A DNA stretch of 64,000 bases from NCBI RefSeq assembly GCF_039654945.1, contig NW_027361673.1, forward strand, positions 32,736,001-32,800,000. Direction: 5' to 3'. Shown one piece after another: positions 1-12,962 of this stretch (position 1 is its first letter; each line of letters begins with the position of its first letter). The notes beneath the pieces are model-generated. The model searched no databases, was not told the DNA's origin, and saw nothing but the letters and a program-made list of their open reading frames with translations. A program made the position numbers and the translations under genes. This DNA comes from Dendrobates tinctorius. Its lineage: Eukaryota.

Positions 1-623
1 TAGGAGTTCAACTATCATCGGTCTGGAGGAGTGTGAAACAGCGATTGCTGAGCATGAGTGCAAGATACAAACGTGTGGCTGACTCTAGACGCGTGCCAGG
101 TCCGGACCTGTGTGTGGGTGATTGGGTGTGGTTAGCTACTAAAAACATAAAACTCAAAATTCCATCATTGAAATTGGGTCCAAGGTTTATTGGCCCTTTT
201 AAGATTGCTGCCATCATAAACCCGGTTGCTTTTCGGTTGGAGCTTCCTGCGGTATACAAGATTCACAACGTGTTTCATAGGTCTTTATTGAAAAAGGTGG
301 TAGGATCTGTGGACACGACGCCGATGCCACCTCCAGTCATGGTGGATGGCGATTTAGAGTTTGAAGTCTCCAAAGTGGTGGACTCTCGAGTACTGCGCCG
401 TACTCTTCAGTATTTGGTGCACTGGCGGGGGTATGGTCCGGAGGAGAGGTCTTGGGTTCCAGCCTCAGACATACATGCGGATCGGCTGGTCAGTTCCTTT
501 CACCGCCGCCATCCGGACAAGCCGGGTCCTATGAGTCTTGAGGGCCCTGGGGTCCCTCGTAGAAGACGGGGTACTGTCATGTCGGACGCTGTTCACACCA
601 CAGCGTCCGGCAGGCAGCGGTAG
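1..623 (+). CDS. pol: 3' end of Gypsy/Ty3 chromovirus pol (integrase C-terminus, GPY/F-SH3 region, chromodomain); 5'-truncated by window edge
   Basis: Translation has KLGPRFIGPFKI...AFRLELP..IHNVFHRSLLK and a chromodomain (FEVSKVVDSR...QYLVHWRGYGPEERSWVP). Confidence 0.93.
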   Translation, partial: GVQLSSVWRSVKQRLLSMSARYKRVADSRRVPGPDLCVGDWVWLATKNIKLKIPSLKLGPRFIGPFKIAAIINPVAFRLELPAVYKIHNVFHRSLLKKVVGSVDTTPMPPPVMVDGDLEFEVSKVVDSRVLRRTLQYLVHWRGYGPEERSWVPASDIHADRLVSSFHRRHPDKPGPMSLEGPGVPRRRRGTVMSDAVHTTASGRQR

Positions 624-1180
624 TTCCATCTCCGTCCACTATAGCCTCAGTGGCGCCGGCTTGATTTTACTCAGGTTATCTGGGGTTAATCTAGCTGGAA
701 ATCAGGTGGGATGTTTGGTCACGCCCACGGTCTTTAAATAGTCGTGCTAGCCTGTGGGCGTCGCCGATTATAGCTTGTGTTTTGTGCCAAGTGGTTCCGG
801 TCTGGAGTGGAGGTGTTGGAGAGAGAAATTCATAGCTGGTGTCGTATGATCCGTTGTTACCTTTTCGTCTTCCTATATTTGTGCTTTGTTTTGCCCTGTT
901 CACATTATAGTATTGTCCTGTGTGGTTGCGGCGCGGTGTGGTTTGAGTTCTCCCTGTCTGTCATTACTGTGTGGGTTTTGGTGGTTTGACAACTCACTGG
1001 GTGGAGGGTGGAGGGTTCAGCTTAGGGCTGAGCAGGAGATAAGGAGAGGCTGGAGGCTCAGGCATTTGCACCTTTAGCAAAAACCCTGGGTTGAGGGTCA
1101 GACAGGGTTTTCCCTAGTTTGAGGGACTCCGCAGGGGCCCGGGTTTTGTCAGCCTCCTTCGACCTAAGCCTCGCATAACA
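575..1180 (+). mobile_element. 3' LTR of the chromovirus
   Basis: Follows purine tract AGAAGACGGGG (561-571), begins TGTCATG and ends CATAACA. After 1180 the sequence switches abruptly to another LTR family. Confidence 0.8.
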
Positions 1181-2112
1181 GCTGGCACAGGAAAGAGACA
1201 GAGAAAGGAAGCTTGATTCTCCATTGGGAAGAAGGATTAGCAAAAACAAAACGAGAATAAGAGAACAAGGACCAGGGATAGAGGAGAACCCTTTTCAAGT
1301 TCTAAGCGCAAGGCCGGAGTCCTGTCCCCGAGGTTGTATGGATACTAATGGTCCTGCAGCAGACACCGGAGGAATAGAAGTAGTGACCACTTTATTCCCA
1401 CACAAGACTTGGGGGCACAACAGCAACTGGATAGAGAGCCGGGACTTAGTAGCAAGGAGTCCCCGAAGCAGGATACAGCTGTCTGCCGTACAAGTAGAGT
1501 TCATAGGAACAGCTGACAGGAGGAACTCCAGTGTAACTCAGTACTAGGAGTACTTCATTCAAAGGCGCTATAAGAGGAGACGTTCAGAAAAGGCACATAT
1601 GTTGGCGGAGTATTGGAAAGGAGTACTTCATCTTGCCTGGAAGTTGGCTGAGCTCCTGACCCGGAGGACACGGCACGGATGCAGGCACCTGTACCACAAC
1701 AGACTGTGAGTAAAGCTTTGGAACTACATGCCCTGGTGTCCTCCACTTATTCCTGCACCAACCTGCCCAGCACGACTACATCCCTTGCGCCTGACACTAC
1801 ACCATCTACGTGTCACTTCACCTACACTGCCCTGGGACTCCAGCTCTGCCTGTGGAGGGCTATAACATCATTGCTGCACCACACCATCTGTTCCAGAGGA
1901 TCTGTCTGCAGCGTCGGCTTACATCTCTATTGCCGAACACCACAGGTGACATCACGAATCACTTAAAAACTCATCACCATAAGCACACTGCAACAACTCC
2001 TTTTACAATGGGCGCCCAGGGCCACGGGCCGGGTCCCAGCTGCCGTGACATCTCCCATTGAAGCTTATTGGGCCCAGTACCGAGTACCCCACAGTCCTGG
2101 GAGGGCGACCCA
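1181..2112 (+). mobile_element. 3' part of an LTR of the Gypsy family seen at 26556, 43629, 49473, 58799 and 61793; interrupted by the chromovirus
   Basis: Shares blocks such as GGATACTAATGGTCCTGCAGCAGACACC and the terminus GGGAGGGCGACCCA. No PBS follows, so it is a 3' or solo LTR. Confidence 0.85.
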
Positions 2113-2682
2113 GCCCCGTCACACATAGCGACTCACCAGCGATCCCGACAACGATATGAACTTGTCAGGATCGCTGCTGTGTCGCTACATGATCACTGGT
2201 GAGCTGCCAAATAGGCAGATCTCACTAGCGATCAGCACCAGCGACGAAGAGCGCACGTCGCTGTGTACCTTAGATACCAGCGAGCTTGCACTGGGAGCTG
2301 GTAACCAAGGTAAACAGCGGGTTTCTAAGCACCGTGCAGCACTTAGAAACCCGCTGTTTTTCTTGGTTACCAGCTCCCAGCGCCAGCACGATGGTATCTA
2401 AGGTTCACAGCGGGTTTCTAAGCGCCGCGCGGCGCTTAGAAACCTGCTGTTTACCTTGGATACGAGCTGGGAGCTCGCTGATCGTTGCTCTCCCGCCTGC
2501 CACACGCAGCGATGCATGCTGGCCAGCGGGAGACCAACAATAAAAAAAAAGTCCAGGGCTTTTGAGCACGATCAGCGATACCCAGCAGGGGCGGCCAGGC
2601 GCTGATACGTGTCACACACAGCGATATTGCTTGTGACTCAGCAGCGATCTCGCTAGCGATCTCGCTGTGTGTAATGGGGGCT
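2113..2682. mobile_element. Palindromic MITE, PIF/Harbinger-like
   Basis: Inverted termini GCCCCGTCACAC / GTGTGTAATGGGGGCT followed by TAA, with AGCGAT repeats. Related to 42679-43084 and 46044-46610. Confidence 0.7.
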
Positions 2683-3357
2683 TAAGATCCAGGAGCTCTG
2701 CCAGACATGCGTCCACCATGTGATAGCTGGGCCAATGTCTCTTTTGCAGGCACAGCATTTGATCACCAGTGACATGAAAGATTAGGCTTTATCAGCAGGA
2801 CATTATCATTGCTGGGACCAGCTGCCTTGTACCTCTTGGTCTGAGCAATTTCCCCTTCTCTAATAAGCAGCTCACTGTCAATAGAAAATATACATAGAAA
2901 GCTGTGGTATGGGGGCGGGATTAGCTTTCTGAGTTCTGCTACATCTAAGAACTCTGATTAGGAAATAAATGCTGTACTAAGTCAACTAAGTCAATAAACA
3001 CAGAAAAGAAAAAGCGATCAAAAAAGGTCCAAAAAAACTAAATAATTCAAAGGATAAAAAATTGAAACTTTATTGAAATATGACCAAGGTACAGGGAAAG
3101 TGAAAACAAGCCAAACATGACCATGGTAGCACAAGGACGACAAAGTGGGGCATACAAGGGTTTCTGGACAGTGTATGGGAAAGCAAATTGCTTAGGCATT
3201 GTTATGTTGGCAACATTGAAAATATAGCACCCATCCCCAGAATACACGTATTATAAATACCACCCAACAGGATATATTAGTATAACAACACTAAGTCAAG
3301 GTATACACATCTTTACCTGTTGGAATGGGAAATGAAAGTCCACCCAAGTATGACCCC

Positions 3358-3396
3358 CCCCAACGCACGTTTCGGCAACTGGCCTTTCTCAAGGGG
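3358..3396 (-). ncRNA. Hammerhead ribozyme copy
   Basis: Reverse complement of 17828-17866. Confidence 0.8.
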
Positions 3397-4698
3397 TGAT
3401 GGGAAATGAGGGAAGTGAGGGATATTTAAAATAGAGTCCACCAATAGGATGATGAGTCACACACATGTGAGGAATCAGGCCGATCATATGGTTAATAGGA
3501 ATCACTCACAGGGGTGGCGCTTGTAACCATGGTTGCATCACACAAACCACATAGCTCCATATGACAACAACCCATATAGCGATATCCAGCAGGAAGGAGG
3601 CAGACAAATACTACATCCAATGTACAATTATAAGAACCATCACTATCCCATATAGGGTATCACAAAGGATCTCCAATATATAAACATAGAAGAGCTGCGC
3701 CCCGTCCTATGTTTATGACAACAGCGGGCACACTAATAATGGGCGGTAGTAACGTCAGGACGGCCACTCCCCCTACTGGGTCACATGAGAAAGCACGTCC
3801 TATCATAACGACGCGGTCCCAGAAGAGACCACGTCATAAGCTCCTCCCCTTAAGGACTCAGAGGTGGCGACACGTCCAACCTTAGTGACGCACTCCGTCA
3901 CCTTGGCAACCCTGGCGGCGGACAACGTCAGCATCGCCCAATCATGGCCATGTCACCAACTCCTCCCCCCTATGAGTCATATGTGACGCGGCGTCCAACC
4001 ATGATGACGCGCTCCGTCGCCCTGGCAACCCTGACGGCGGCCAGCGTCGGCATCGTGTGGTCATGACGCCCCAAGGGTTGGTCACATGACCCGATGCCGA
4101 AAGCCGACCGACATGTGGGAGACAGCGGCGCGTGCGCGTACGGCGGAACCGCCGAACACATATCGAAAAAGACATGTTGATGCAAAGCATAATCAGATCA
4201 AATGTAAATACTATAACTACAGGAGGAAAAGGAATCAAAGGCAGGTATAATAATAACAACTAGATAGCATGGCATTAGTTACTAGTGCCTGGAGCAAATG
4301 CGATTAGTGGATCATACATACAACCATATAAAGATTTAGTATAAACATATAGCGCCAATAGGGCATATACAGTCAAGGGAAGGAAGGCATAGCATGGATA
4401 TATTATAATAGCATCTTGTAATAAATAGATGGAACATCAATAGAAGTACACCAAAGGTCATAAATAGACGATGTACGTTGCCACGAAGATACCCATATCA
4501 TTCCTCATCTGAAAGACTCGATATGCCCAAAGGTATCCAAATATGAAAGGGCCAAAAAGATTTCCAAAGATTGAAACACAGACGTGTAAAATTAGAGAAC
4601 TCTAAAAATAAAAACATACAAAATTAGAAACTTAAAAATAAAACATAAAAACATAGGTCCAAGGCCACAACACGGCCACGTAAGCAGATGGAAACCGT

Positions 4699-7600
4699 TT
4701 AGAGGAATGGAGCAAAACTGATTGCCTCATTTAGTCCCTTTGGATGAACCGTATCCAATAGCCAAATCCAGCGTGTCTCACACTGAAGGAGTCGCTGGGT
4801 AAGATTACCGCCACGAACTCCTGGATTGATAGCATCTATACCGCGAACGCGGAGCAACGATGCATCACAATCATGTTTAAATTTAAAATGACGCGGTAAA
4901 GTCCTAAGTGTGGCCGGATCATCATGACCGACTGCCGCCTGTATCCCCAATACATGCTCGCGGACTCGAATCTTCAATGGCCGAGTAGTCATGCCTACAT
5001 AAATCAAATTACAAGGACATAATGCAAAGTAAATGACATACCGGGTAGTACACGATATACGATGCCGAATAGTAAATGTCCTATTCCTTGATGAATTGAA
5101 GAACGCGTCCGCCTGATCAATATTGGGGCAGGCGACACATCGGCCACAGGGAGCACAACCACACCTAGGACGTCTCACGTTCAAAAAAGTTTGTTTGGGT
5201 TCGGATTGGTAGTGGCTACGAACCAAATAATCTTTAAGATTCATAGAACGCCGGATGGTAATACTAGGTTTGTGAGGAATTAACTGGTTCAAAATGGGGT
5301 CCGTCTGAAGGATGGGCCACGCCCTTTGTAAACAACTTCTCATTTTAGAAAATTGAGCGTGATAATTGGTGATAAAGCGAATTTTATTACAAGATCTATT
5401 ATCTCTCTGTTTGTATAGCAGGGATTGGCGCGTAGACCATCTAGCACGATTGTGAGCTCTCTTAATTGCTCGCCTGCTATAACCCCTCTCCAAGAACCTA
5501 TCCGAAAGATCCTGGGCTTGAGATTCAAAATCTTTGTCACTGGAACAGATCCTGCGTAAACGCAGGAACTGTCCAATTGGGATCGAATTTATCAGTGATT
5601 TGGGGTGAGCTGAGGAGGCATGAAGAAGCATGTTGGAAGAAGTTTCCTTCCTAAAAATGCTAGTCTGGAGTATATTATCATTATCTCTCCACACATTGAC
5701 ATCAAGAAAGCTTACCTTGGTCATGTCATACTGATATGTTAAATGAATGTTTCTGTCGTTTGAGTTTATCCTCTCCATAAAGTTGGATAATTGTACCTCA
5801 TTTCCCTGCCAGACCAGAAAAATATCGTCGATGTACCGCACCCAAAGGGGGATGCGGTCCATCGACTGATACTGGTCAGACAGGGGGAGGTCCCTCTCCC
5901 ACAGCCCCAGGAACAGGTTGGCATACGATGGTGCAAACGATGCCCCCATCGCTGTCCCCTGGAGCTGCAGGTAGAAGGACCCCATGAAGGTAAAAAAGTT
6001 ATGTGTTAGGGAGAACTCAAGCAATTCCAGAACCAAGGAAACAATCTCAAGAGGTAAGTTGGACATATTAAGAAAATATTTTGTAGCTGAGAGTCCATCT
6101 TTGTGCCGAATACTGGTGTATAAGGATTCTACATCCCCCGTCACCAGCATGGTACCGATGCCAATGTGAAGCCCATCAATTCTCTTTAAAAACTCACCCG
6201 TATCCAATAAAAAAGAGGGCAGGCTCTCCACAAGGGGTTGTAGCTTAGAGTCAATCCAACGATTGACTCTTTCCAGGTAGTTACCAGAACCAGAAATAAT
6301 CGGACGTCCTGGTGGGGCCTCCAGACTCTTGTGTACCTTGGGCAACAGGTAGAATGTTGCTATGGTTGGTTCCTGTACCTTGAGGGAGCCAGCCAATTCC
6401 TTAGTAATAACCCCATTAGAGACAGCTAAGTCAAGGATTTTATTTAATTGAGTTACAAATGACAAAAGAGGGTTAAACGTTAGGCGTTTATAGCAGATGT
6501 TATTGTTTAGTTGTCGAAGGGCCTCCTTCTCATAAAGGAGTTTGGGCCAGATAACCACATTTCCCCCTTTGTCAGCTGGTTTTAACACAACATCTGGAAG
6601 CCCCCTCAGGACGTCCAATCTACTGCGTTCATCGCGACTAAGATTGTCTCTACCAATACCTCTTGGGATATTCATAAAGTCTCTGGTAACTACCTGGACA
6701 AAGAGATCGACAGCTGAACAAGATGTAAGAGGGGGGAATTTTTTGGACTTGATTTTAAGAGATTGAGGAATCTTACCTCCTTCGCCAAATTCGTGTTCGG
6801 TGGAAAGATCCTCAAGGTCTTGTAAGGCTAGTTGTTCCTTTTCTGTGGGAAAAAGACTTTGCAAATCAGGGTCAAAGAAATATTTTTTAAAAATCAGGGA
6901 TCTAGCAAATAAGTGTAGATCCTTTATGGCCATAAAGGTGTTGAAATGAGATTTGGGAGAAAAGGTGAGTCCTCTACTCAATAGTGACAAGTCAGAGTCG
7001 GTCAGAACGTGAGAACTAAGATTAATTACCTTATTACTTTTCTTGCGTTCAGGAGACTTGAATTGCATCCGCTTGTAGGGATGGAAATTGACATCTCTCA
7101 CTCTCTTTGGCCTTGAACCAGACCGTGTTGTTATGGAGGATGTAGACCACTCTGAAGAGTCACTCATAGAGGATAGAGAACCCACTGAAGAGACTCCACG
7201 TAGGCCTGGAGCTTTGCTGTTAGGTTTCCTCCAAAAATAAACACCCTTATTTGCAAAGTCTTTAATATCACGTTGAAATTTTGAGGCCTGAGTTTCGTTG
7301 ATTTTTTTAACACATAAGTCCAAATTCTTCTCAATTCTAGATTCAAAAGCAGCAATCTTCTCAGATGCACATACTGCCTTAAAATTTCGTTCAATATCAT
7401 CTATTGTTTTATCAAGGTCTACAATGATCTTAGAATTACGCTCAATTAGCAACTTCATAAAAATTAACGAGCAGGTACCACAAGCTTCCTCCCAACGTTT
7501 GATGAAGTCATCATCCTCAATTGGAAAAGAAGGAGTGACCCTAACCCGAAGACCCCTCGGGATCATATTAGAGGAAACATATTTCTCCAAAAAAGCCCTA

Positions 7601-7758
7601 TTCCACCATATTTTGGTGCGTTTTAATAGCAGCTTTTCGATCTCGAGGGCTTGACTATCAAGTGAATGATCCTCAGACAGCTGTGACTCGATCCCACTGG
7701 ATCCGAATACCTGGTCAATTTGTCCAAGCCAGGCCTTGTCTTTAGCCCGGAAATCCAT
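4699..7758 (-). CDS. PLE polyprotein (RT + Cys linker + GIY-YIG endonuclease), intact, 1019 aa from first plausible ATG
   Basis: RT motifs GDVESLYT, QGTAMG, YIDD. Linker CAPCGRCVAC. GIY-YIG-type VIYFALCPCNLIYVGMT..R..EH...E..WI....GLN. Confidence 0.95.
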   Translation of the reverse strand: MDFRAKDKAWLGQIDQVFGSSGIESQLSEDHSLDSQALEIEKLLLKRTKIWWNRAFLEKYVSSNMIPRGLRVRVTPSFPIEDDDFIKRWEEACGTCSLIFMKLLIERNSKIIVDLDKTIDDIERNFKAVCASEKIAAFESRIEKNLDLCVKKINETQASKFQRDIKDFANKGVYFWRKPNSKAPGLRGVSSVGSLSSMSDSSEWSTSSITTRSGSRPKRVRDVNFHPYKRMQFKSPERKKSNKVINLSSHVLTDSDLSLLSRGLTFSPKSHFNTFMAIKDLHLFARSLIFKKYFFDPDLQSLFPTEKEQLALQDLEDLSTEHEFGEGGKIPQSLKIKSKKFPPLTSCSAVDLFVQVVTRDFMNIPRGIGRDNLSRDERSRLDVLRGLPDVVLKPADKGGNVVIWPKLLYEKEALRQLNNNICYKRLTFNPLLSFVTQLNKILDLAVSNGVITKELAGSLKVQEPTIATFYLLPKVHKSLEAPPGRPIISGSGNYLERVNRWIDSKLQPLVESLPSFLLDTGEFLKRIDGLHIGIGTMLVTGDVESLYTSIRHKDGLSATKYFLNMSNLPLEIVSLVLELLEFSLTHNFFTFMGSFYLQLQGTAMGASFAPSYANLFLGLWERDLPLSDQYQSMDRIPLWVRYIDDIFLVWQGNEVQLSNFMERINSNDRNIHLTYQYDMTKVSFLDVNVWRDNDNILQTSIFRKETSSNMLLHASSAHPKSLINSIPIGQFLRLRRICSSDKDFESQAQDLSDRFLERGYSRRAIKRAHNRARWSTRQSLLYKQRDNRSCNKIRFITNYHAQFSKMRSCLQRAWPILQTDPILNQLIPHKPSITIRRSMNLKDYLVRSHYQSEPKQTFLNVRRPRCGCAPCGRCVACPNIDQADAFFNSSRNRTFTIRHRISCTTRYVIYFALCPCNLIYVGMTTRPLKIRVREHVLGIQAAVGHDDPATLRTLPRHFKFKHDCDASLLRVRGIDAINPGVRGGNLTQRLLQCETRWIWLLDTVHPKGLNEAISFAPFL

Positions 7759-8261
7759 ATCCGAAAAAACAAAAAAACCTGTGCATAACACAGAAATATT
7801 AGAACATAACCACATTAAGGATAAGCAACCCATAAACATTAATGTATAGTGGAGTGACGGGTTTAGGAAACATATGGACAATCGCAAAAATATGACAATA
7901 AACACAGAAAAGAAAAAGCGATCAAAAAAGGTCCAAAAAAACTAAATAATTCAAAGGATAAAAAATTGAAACTTTATTGAAATATGACCAAGGTACAGGG
8001 AAAGTGAAAACAAGCCAAACATGACCATGGTAGCACAAGGACGACAAAGTGGGGCATACAAGGGTTTCTGGACAGTGTATGGGAAAGCAAATTGCTTAGG
8101 CATTGTTATGTTGGCAACATTGAAAATATAGCACCCATCCCCAGAATACACGTATTATAAATACCACCCAACAGGATATATTAGTATAACAACACTAAGT
8201 CAAGGTATACACATCTTTACCTGTTGGAATGGGAAATGAAAGTCCACCCAAGTATGACCCC

Positions 8262-8300
8262 CCCCAACGCACGTTTCGGCAACTGGCCTTTCTCAAGGGG
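8262..8300 (-). ncRNA. Hammerhead ribozyme copy
   Basis: Reverse complement of 12924-12962. Confidence 0.8.
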
Positions 8301-9602
8301 TGATGGGAAATGAGGGAAGTGAGGGATATTTAAAATAGAGTCCACCAATAGGATGATGAGTCACACACATGTGAGGAATCAGGCCGATCATATGGTTAAT
8401 AGGAATCACTCACAGGGGTGGCGCTTGTAACCATGGTTGCATCACACAAACCACATAGCTCCATATGACAACAACCCATATAGCGATATCCAGCAGGAAG
8501 GAGGCAGACAAATACTACATCCAATGTACAATTATAAGAACCATCACTATCCCATATAGGGTATCACAAAGGATCTCCAATATATAAACATAGAAGAGCT
8601 GCGCCCCGTCCTATGTTTATGACAACAGCGGGCACACTAATAATGGGCGGTAGTAACGTCAGGACGGCCACTCCCCCTACTGGGTCACATGAGAAAGCAC
8701 GTCCTATCATAACGACGCGGTCCCAGAAGAGACCACGTCATAAGCTCCTCCCCTTAAGGACTCAGAGGTGGCGACACGTCCAACCTTAGTGACGCACTCC
8801 GTCACCTTGGCAACCCTGGCGGCGGACAACGTCAGCATCGCCCAATCATGGCCATGTCACCAACTCCTCCCCCCTATGAGTCATATGTGACGCGGCGTCC
8901 AACCATGATGACGCGCTCCGTCGCCCTGGCAACCCTGACGGCGGCCAGCGTCGGCATCGTGTGGTCATGACGCCCCAAGGGTTGGTCACATGACCCGATG
9001 CCGAAAGCCGACCGACATGTGGGAGACAGCGGCGCGTGCGCGTACGGCGGAACCGCCGAACACATATCGAAAAAGACATGTTGATGCAAAGCATAATCAG
9101 ATCAAATGTAAATACTATAACTACAGGAGGAAAAGGAATCAAAGGCAGGTATAATAATAACAACTAGATAGCATGGCATTAGTTACTAGTGCCTGGAGCA
9201 AATGCGATTAGTGGATCATACATACAACCATATAAAGATTTAGTATAAACATATAGCGCCAATAGGGCATATACAGTCAAGGGAAGGAAGGCATAGCATG
9301 GATATATTATAATAGCATCTTGTAATAAATAGATGGAACATCAATAGAAGTACACCAAAGGTCATAAATAGACGATGTACGTTGCCACGAAGATACCCAT
9401 ATCATTCCTCATCTGAAAGACTCGATATGCCCAAAGGTATCCAAATATGAAAGGGCCAAAAAGATTTCCAAAGATTGAAACACAGACGTGTAAAATTAGA
9501 GAACTCTAAAAATAAAAACATACAAAATTAGAAACTTAAAAATAAAACATAAAAACATAGGTCCAAGGCCACAACACGGCCACGTAAGCAGATGGAAACC
9601 GT

Positions 9603-12017
9603 TTAGAGGAATGGAGCAAAACTGATTGCCTCATTTAGTCCCTTTGGATGAACCGTATCCAATAGCCAAATCCAGCGTGTCTCACACTGAAGGAGTCGCT
9701 GGGTAAGATTACCGCCACGAACTCCTGGATTGATAGCATCTATACCGCGAACGCGGAGCAACGATGCATCACAATCATGTTTAAATTTAAAATGACGCGG
9801 TAAAGTCCTAAGTGTGGCCGGATCATCATGACCGACTGCCGCCTGTATCCCCAATACATGCTCGCGGACTCGAATCTTCAATGGCCGAGTAGTCATGCCT
9901 ACATAAATCAAATTACAAGGACATAATGCAAAGTAAATGACATACCGGGTAGTACACGATATACGATGCCGAATAGTAAATGTCCTATTCCTTGATGAAT
10001 TGAAGAACGCGTCCGCCTGATCAATATTGGGGCAGGCGACACATCGGCCACAGGGAGCACAACCACACCTAGGACGTCTCACGTTCAAAAAAGTTTGTTT
10101 GGGTTCGGATTGGTAGTGGCTACGAACCAAATAATCTTTAAGATTCATAGAACGCCGGATGGTAATACTAGGTTTGTGAGGAATTAACTGGTTCAAAATG
10201 GGGTCCGTCTGAAGGATGGGCCACGCCCTTTGTAAACAACTTCTCATTTTAGAAAATTGAGCGTGATAATTGGTGATAAAGCGAATTTTATTACAAGATC
10301 TATTATCTCTCTGTTTGTATAGCAGGGATTGGCGCGTAGACCATCTAGCACGATTGTGAGCTCTCTTAATTGCTCGCCTGCTATAACCCCTCTCCAAGAA
10401 CCTATCCGAAAGATCCTGGGCTTGAGATTCAAAATCTTTGTCACTGGAACAGATCCTGCGTAAACGCAGGAACTGTCCAATTGGGATCGAATTTATCAGT
10501 GATTTGGGGTGAGCTGAGGAGGCATGAAGAAGCATGTTGGAAGAAGTTTCCTTCCTAAAAATGCTAGTCTGGAGTATATTATCATTATCTCTCCACACAT
10601 TGACATCAAGAAAGCTTACCTTGGTCATGTCATACTGATATGTTAAATGAATGTTTCTGTCGTTTGAGTTTATCCTCTCCATAAAGTTGGATAATTGTAC
10701 CTCATTTCCCTGCCAGACCAGAAAAATATCGTCGATGTACCGCACCCAAAGGGGGATGCGGTCCATCGACTGATACTGGTCAGACAGGGGGAGGTCCCTC
10801 TCCCACAGCCCCAGGAACAGGTTGGCATACGATGGTGCAAACGATGCCCCCATCGCTGTCCCCTGGAGCTGCAGGTAGAAGGACCCCATGAAGGTAAAAA
10901 AGTTATGTGTTAGGGAGAACTCAAGCAATTCCAGAACCAAGGAAACAATCTCAAGAGGTAAGTTGGACATATTAAGAAAATATTTTGTAGCTGAGAGTCC
11001 ATCTTTGTGCCGAATACTGGTGTATAAGGATTCTACATCCCCCGTCACCAGCATGGTACCGATGCCAATGTGAAGCCCATCAATTCTCTTTAAAAACTCA
11101 CCCGTATCCAATAAAAAAGAGGGCAGGCTCTCCACAAGGGGTTGTAGCTTAGAGTCAATCCAACGATTGACTCTTTCCAGGTAGTTACCAGAACCAGAAA
11201 TAATCGGACGTCCTGGTGGGGCCTCCAGACTCTTGTGTACCTTGGGCAACAGGTAGAATGTTGCTATGGTTGGTTCCTGTACCTTGAGGGAGCCAGCCAA
11301 TTCCTTAGTAATAACCCCATTAGAGACAGCTAAGTCAAGGATTTTATTTAATTGAGTTACAAATGACAAAAGAGGGTTAAACGTTAGGCGTTTATAGCAG
11401 ATGTTATTGTTTAGTTGTCGAAGGGCCTCCTTCTCATAAAGGAGTTTGGGCCAGATAACCACATTTCCCCCTTTGTCAGCTGGTTTTAACACAACATCTG
11501 GAAGCCCCCTCAGGACGTCCAATCTACTGCGTTCATCGCGACTAAGATTGTCTCTACCAATACCTCTTGGGATATTCATAAAGTCTCTGGTAACTACCTG
11601 GACAAAGAGATCGACAGCTGAACAAGATGTAAGAGGGGGGAATTTTTTGGACTTGATTTTAAGAGATTGAGGAATCTTACCTCCTTCGCCAAATTCGTGT
11701 TCGGTGGAAAGATCCTCAAGGTCTTGTAAGGCTAGTTGTTCCTTTTCTGTGGGAAAAAGACTTTGCAAATCAGGGTCAAAGAAATATTTTTTAAAAATCA
11801 GGGATCTAGCAAATAAGTGTAGATCCTTTATGGCCATAAAGGTGTTGAAATGAGATTTGGGAGAAAAGGTGAGTCCTCTACTCAATAGTGACAAGTCAGA
11901 GTCGGTCAGAACGTGAGAACTAAGATTAATTACCTTATTACTTTTCTTGCGTTCAGGAGACTTGAATTGCATCCGCTTGTAGGGATGGAAATTGACATCT
12001 CTCACTCTCTTTGGCCT
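9603..12017 (-). pseudogene. 5'-truncated PLE ORF copy beginning at the inversion junction (RT and endonuclease retained)
   Basis: Identical to the full ORF from RPKRVRDV onward. The first residues in the ORF track come from the opposite arm. Confidence 0.92.
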
Positions 12018-12923
12018 CGCATTTGCTCCAGGCACTAGTAACTAATGCCATGCTATCTAGTTGTTATTATTATACCTGCCTTTGATTCCTTTTCCTCCTG
12101 TAGTTATAGTATTTACATTTGATCTGATTATGCTTTGCATCAACATGTCTTTTTCGATATGTGTTCGGCGGTTCCGCCGTACGCGCACGCGCCGCTGTCT
12201 CCCACATGTCGGTCGGCTTTCGGCATCGGGTCATGTGACCAACCCTTGGGGCGTCATGACCACACGATGCCGACGCTGGCCGCCGTCAGGGTTGCCAGGG
12301 CGACGGAGCGCGTCATCATGGTTGGACGCCGCGTCACATATGACTCATAGGGGGGAGGAGTTGGTGACATGGCCATGATTGGGCGATGCTGACGTTGTCC
12401 GCCGCCAGGGTTGCCAAGGTGACGGAGTGCGTCACTAAGGTTGGACGTGTCGCCACCTCTGAGTCCTTAAGGGGAGGAGCTTATGACGTGGTCTCTTCTG
12501 GGACCGCGTCGTTATGATAGGACGTGCTTTCTCATGTGACCCAGTAGGGGGAGTGGCCGTCCTGACGTTACTACCGCCCATTATTAGTGTGCCCGCTGTT
12601 GTCATAAACATAGGACGGGGCGCAGCTCTTCTATGTTTATATATTGGAGATCCTTTGTGATACCCTATATGGGATAGTGATGGTTCTTATAATTGTACAT
12701 TGGATGTAGTATTTGTCTGCCTCCTTCCTGCTGGATATCGCTATATGGGTTGTTGTCATATGGAGCTATGTGGTTTGTGTGATGCAACCATGGTTACAAG
12801 CGCCACCCCTGTGAGTGATTCCTATTAACCATATGATCGGCCTGATTCCTCACATGTGTGTGACTCATCATCCTATTGGTGGACTCTATTTTAAATATCC
12901 CTCACTTCCCTCATTTCCCATCA

Positions 12924-12962
12924 CCCCTTGAGAAAGGCCAGTTGCCGAAACGTGCGTTGGGG
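12924..12962 (+). ncRNA. Minimal hammerhead ribozyme (U3:A8 variant) in the PLE pseudo-LTR
   Basis: CCCC-TTGAGAA-A-GGC(CAGTT)GCC-GAAA-C(GTGC)G-TT-GGGG. Confidence 0.8.
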
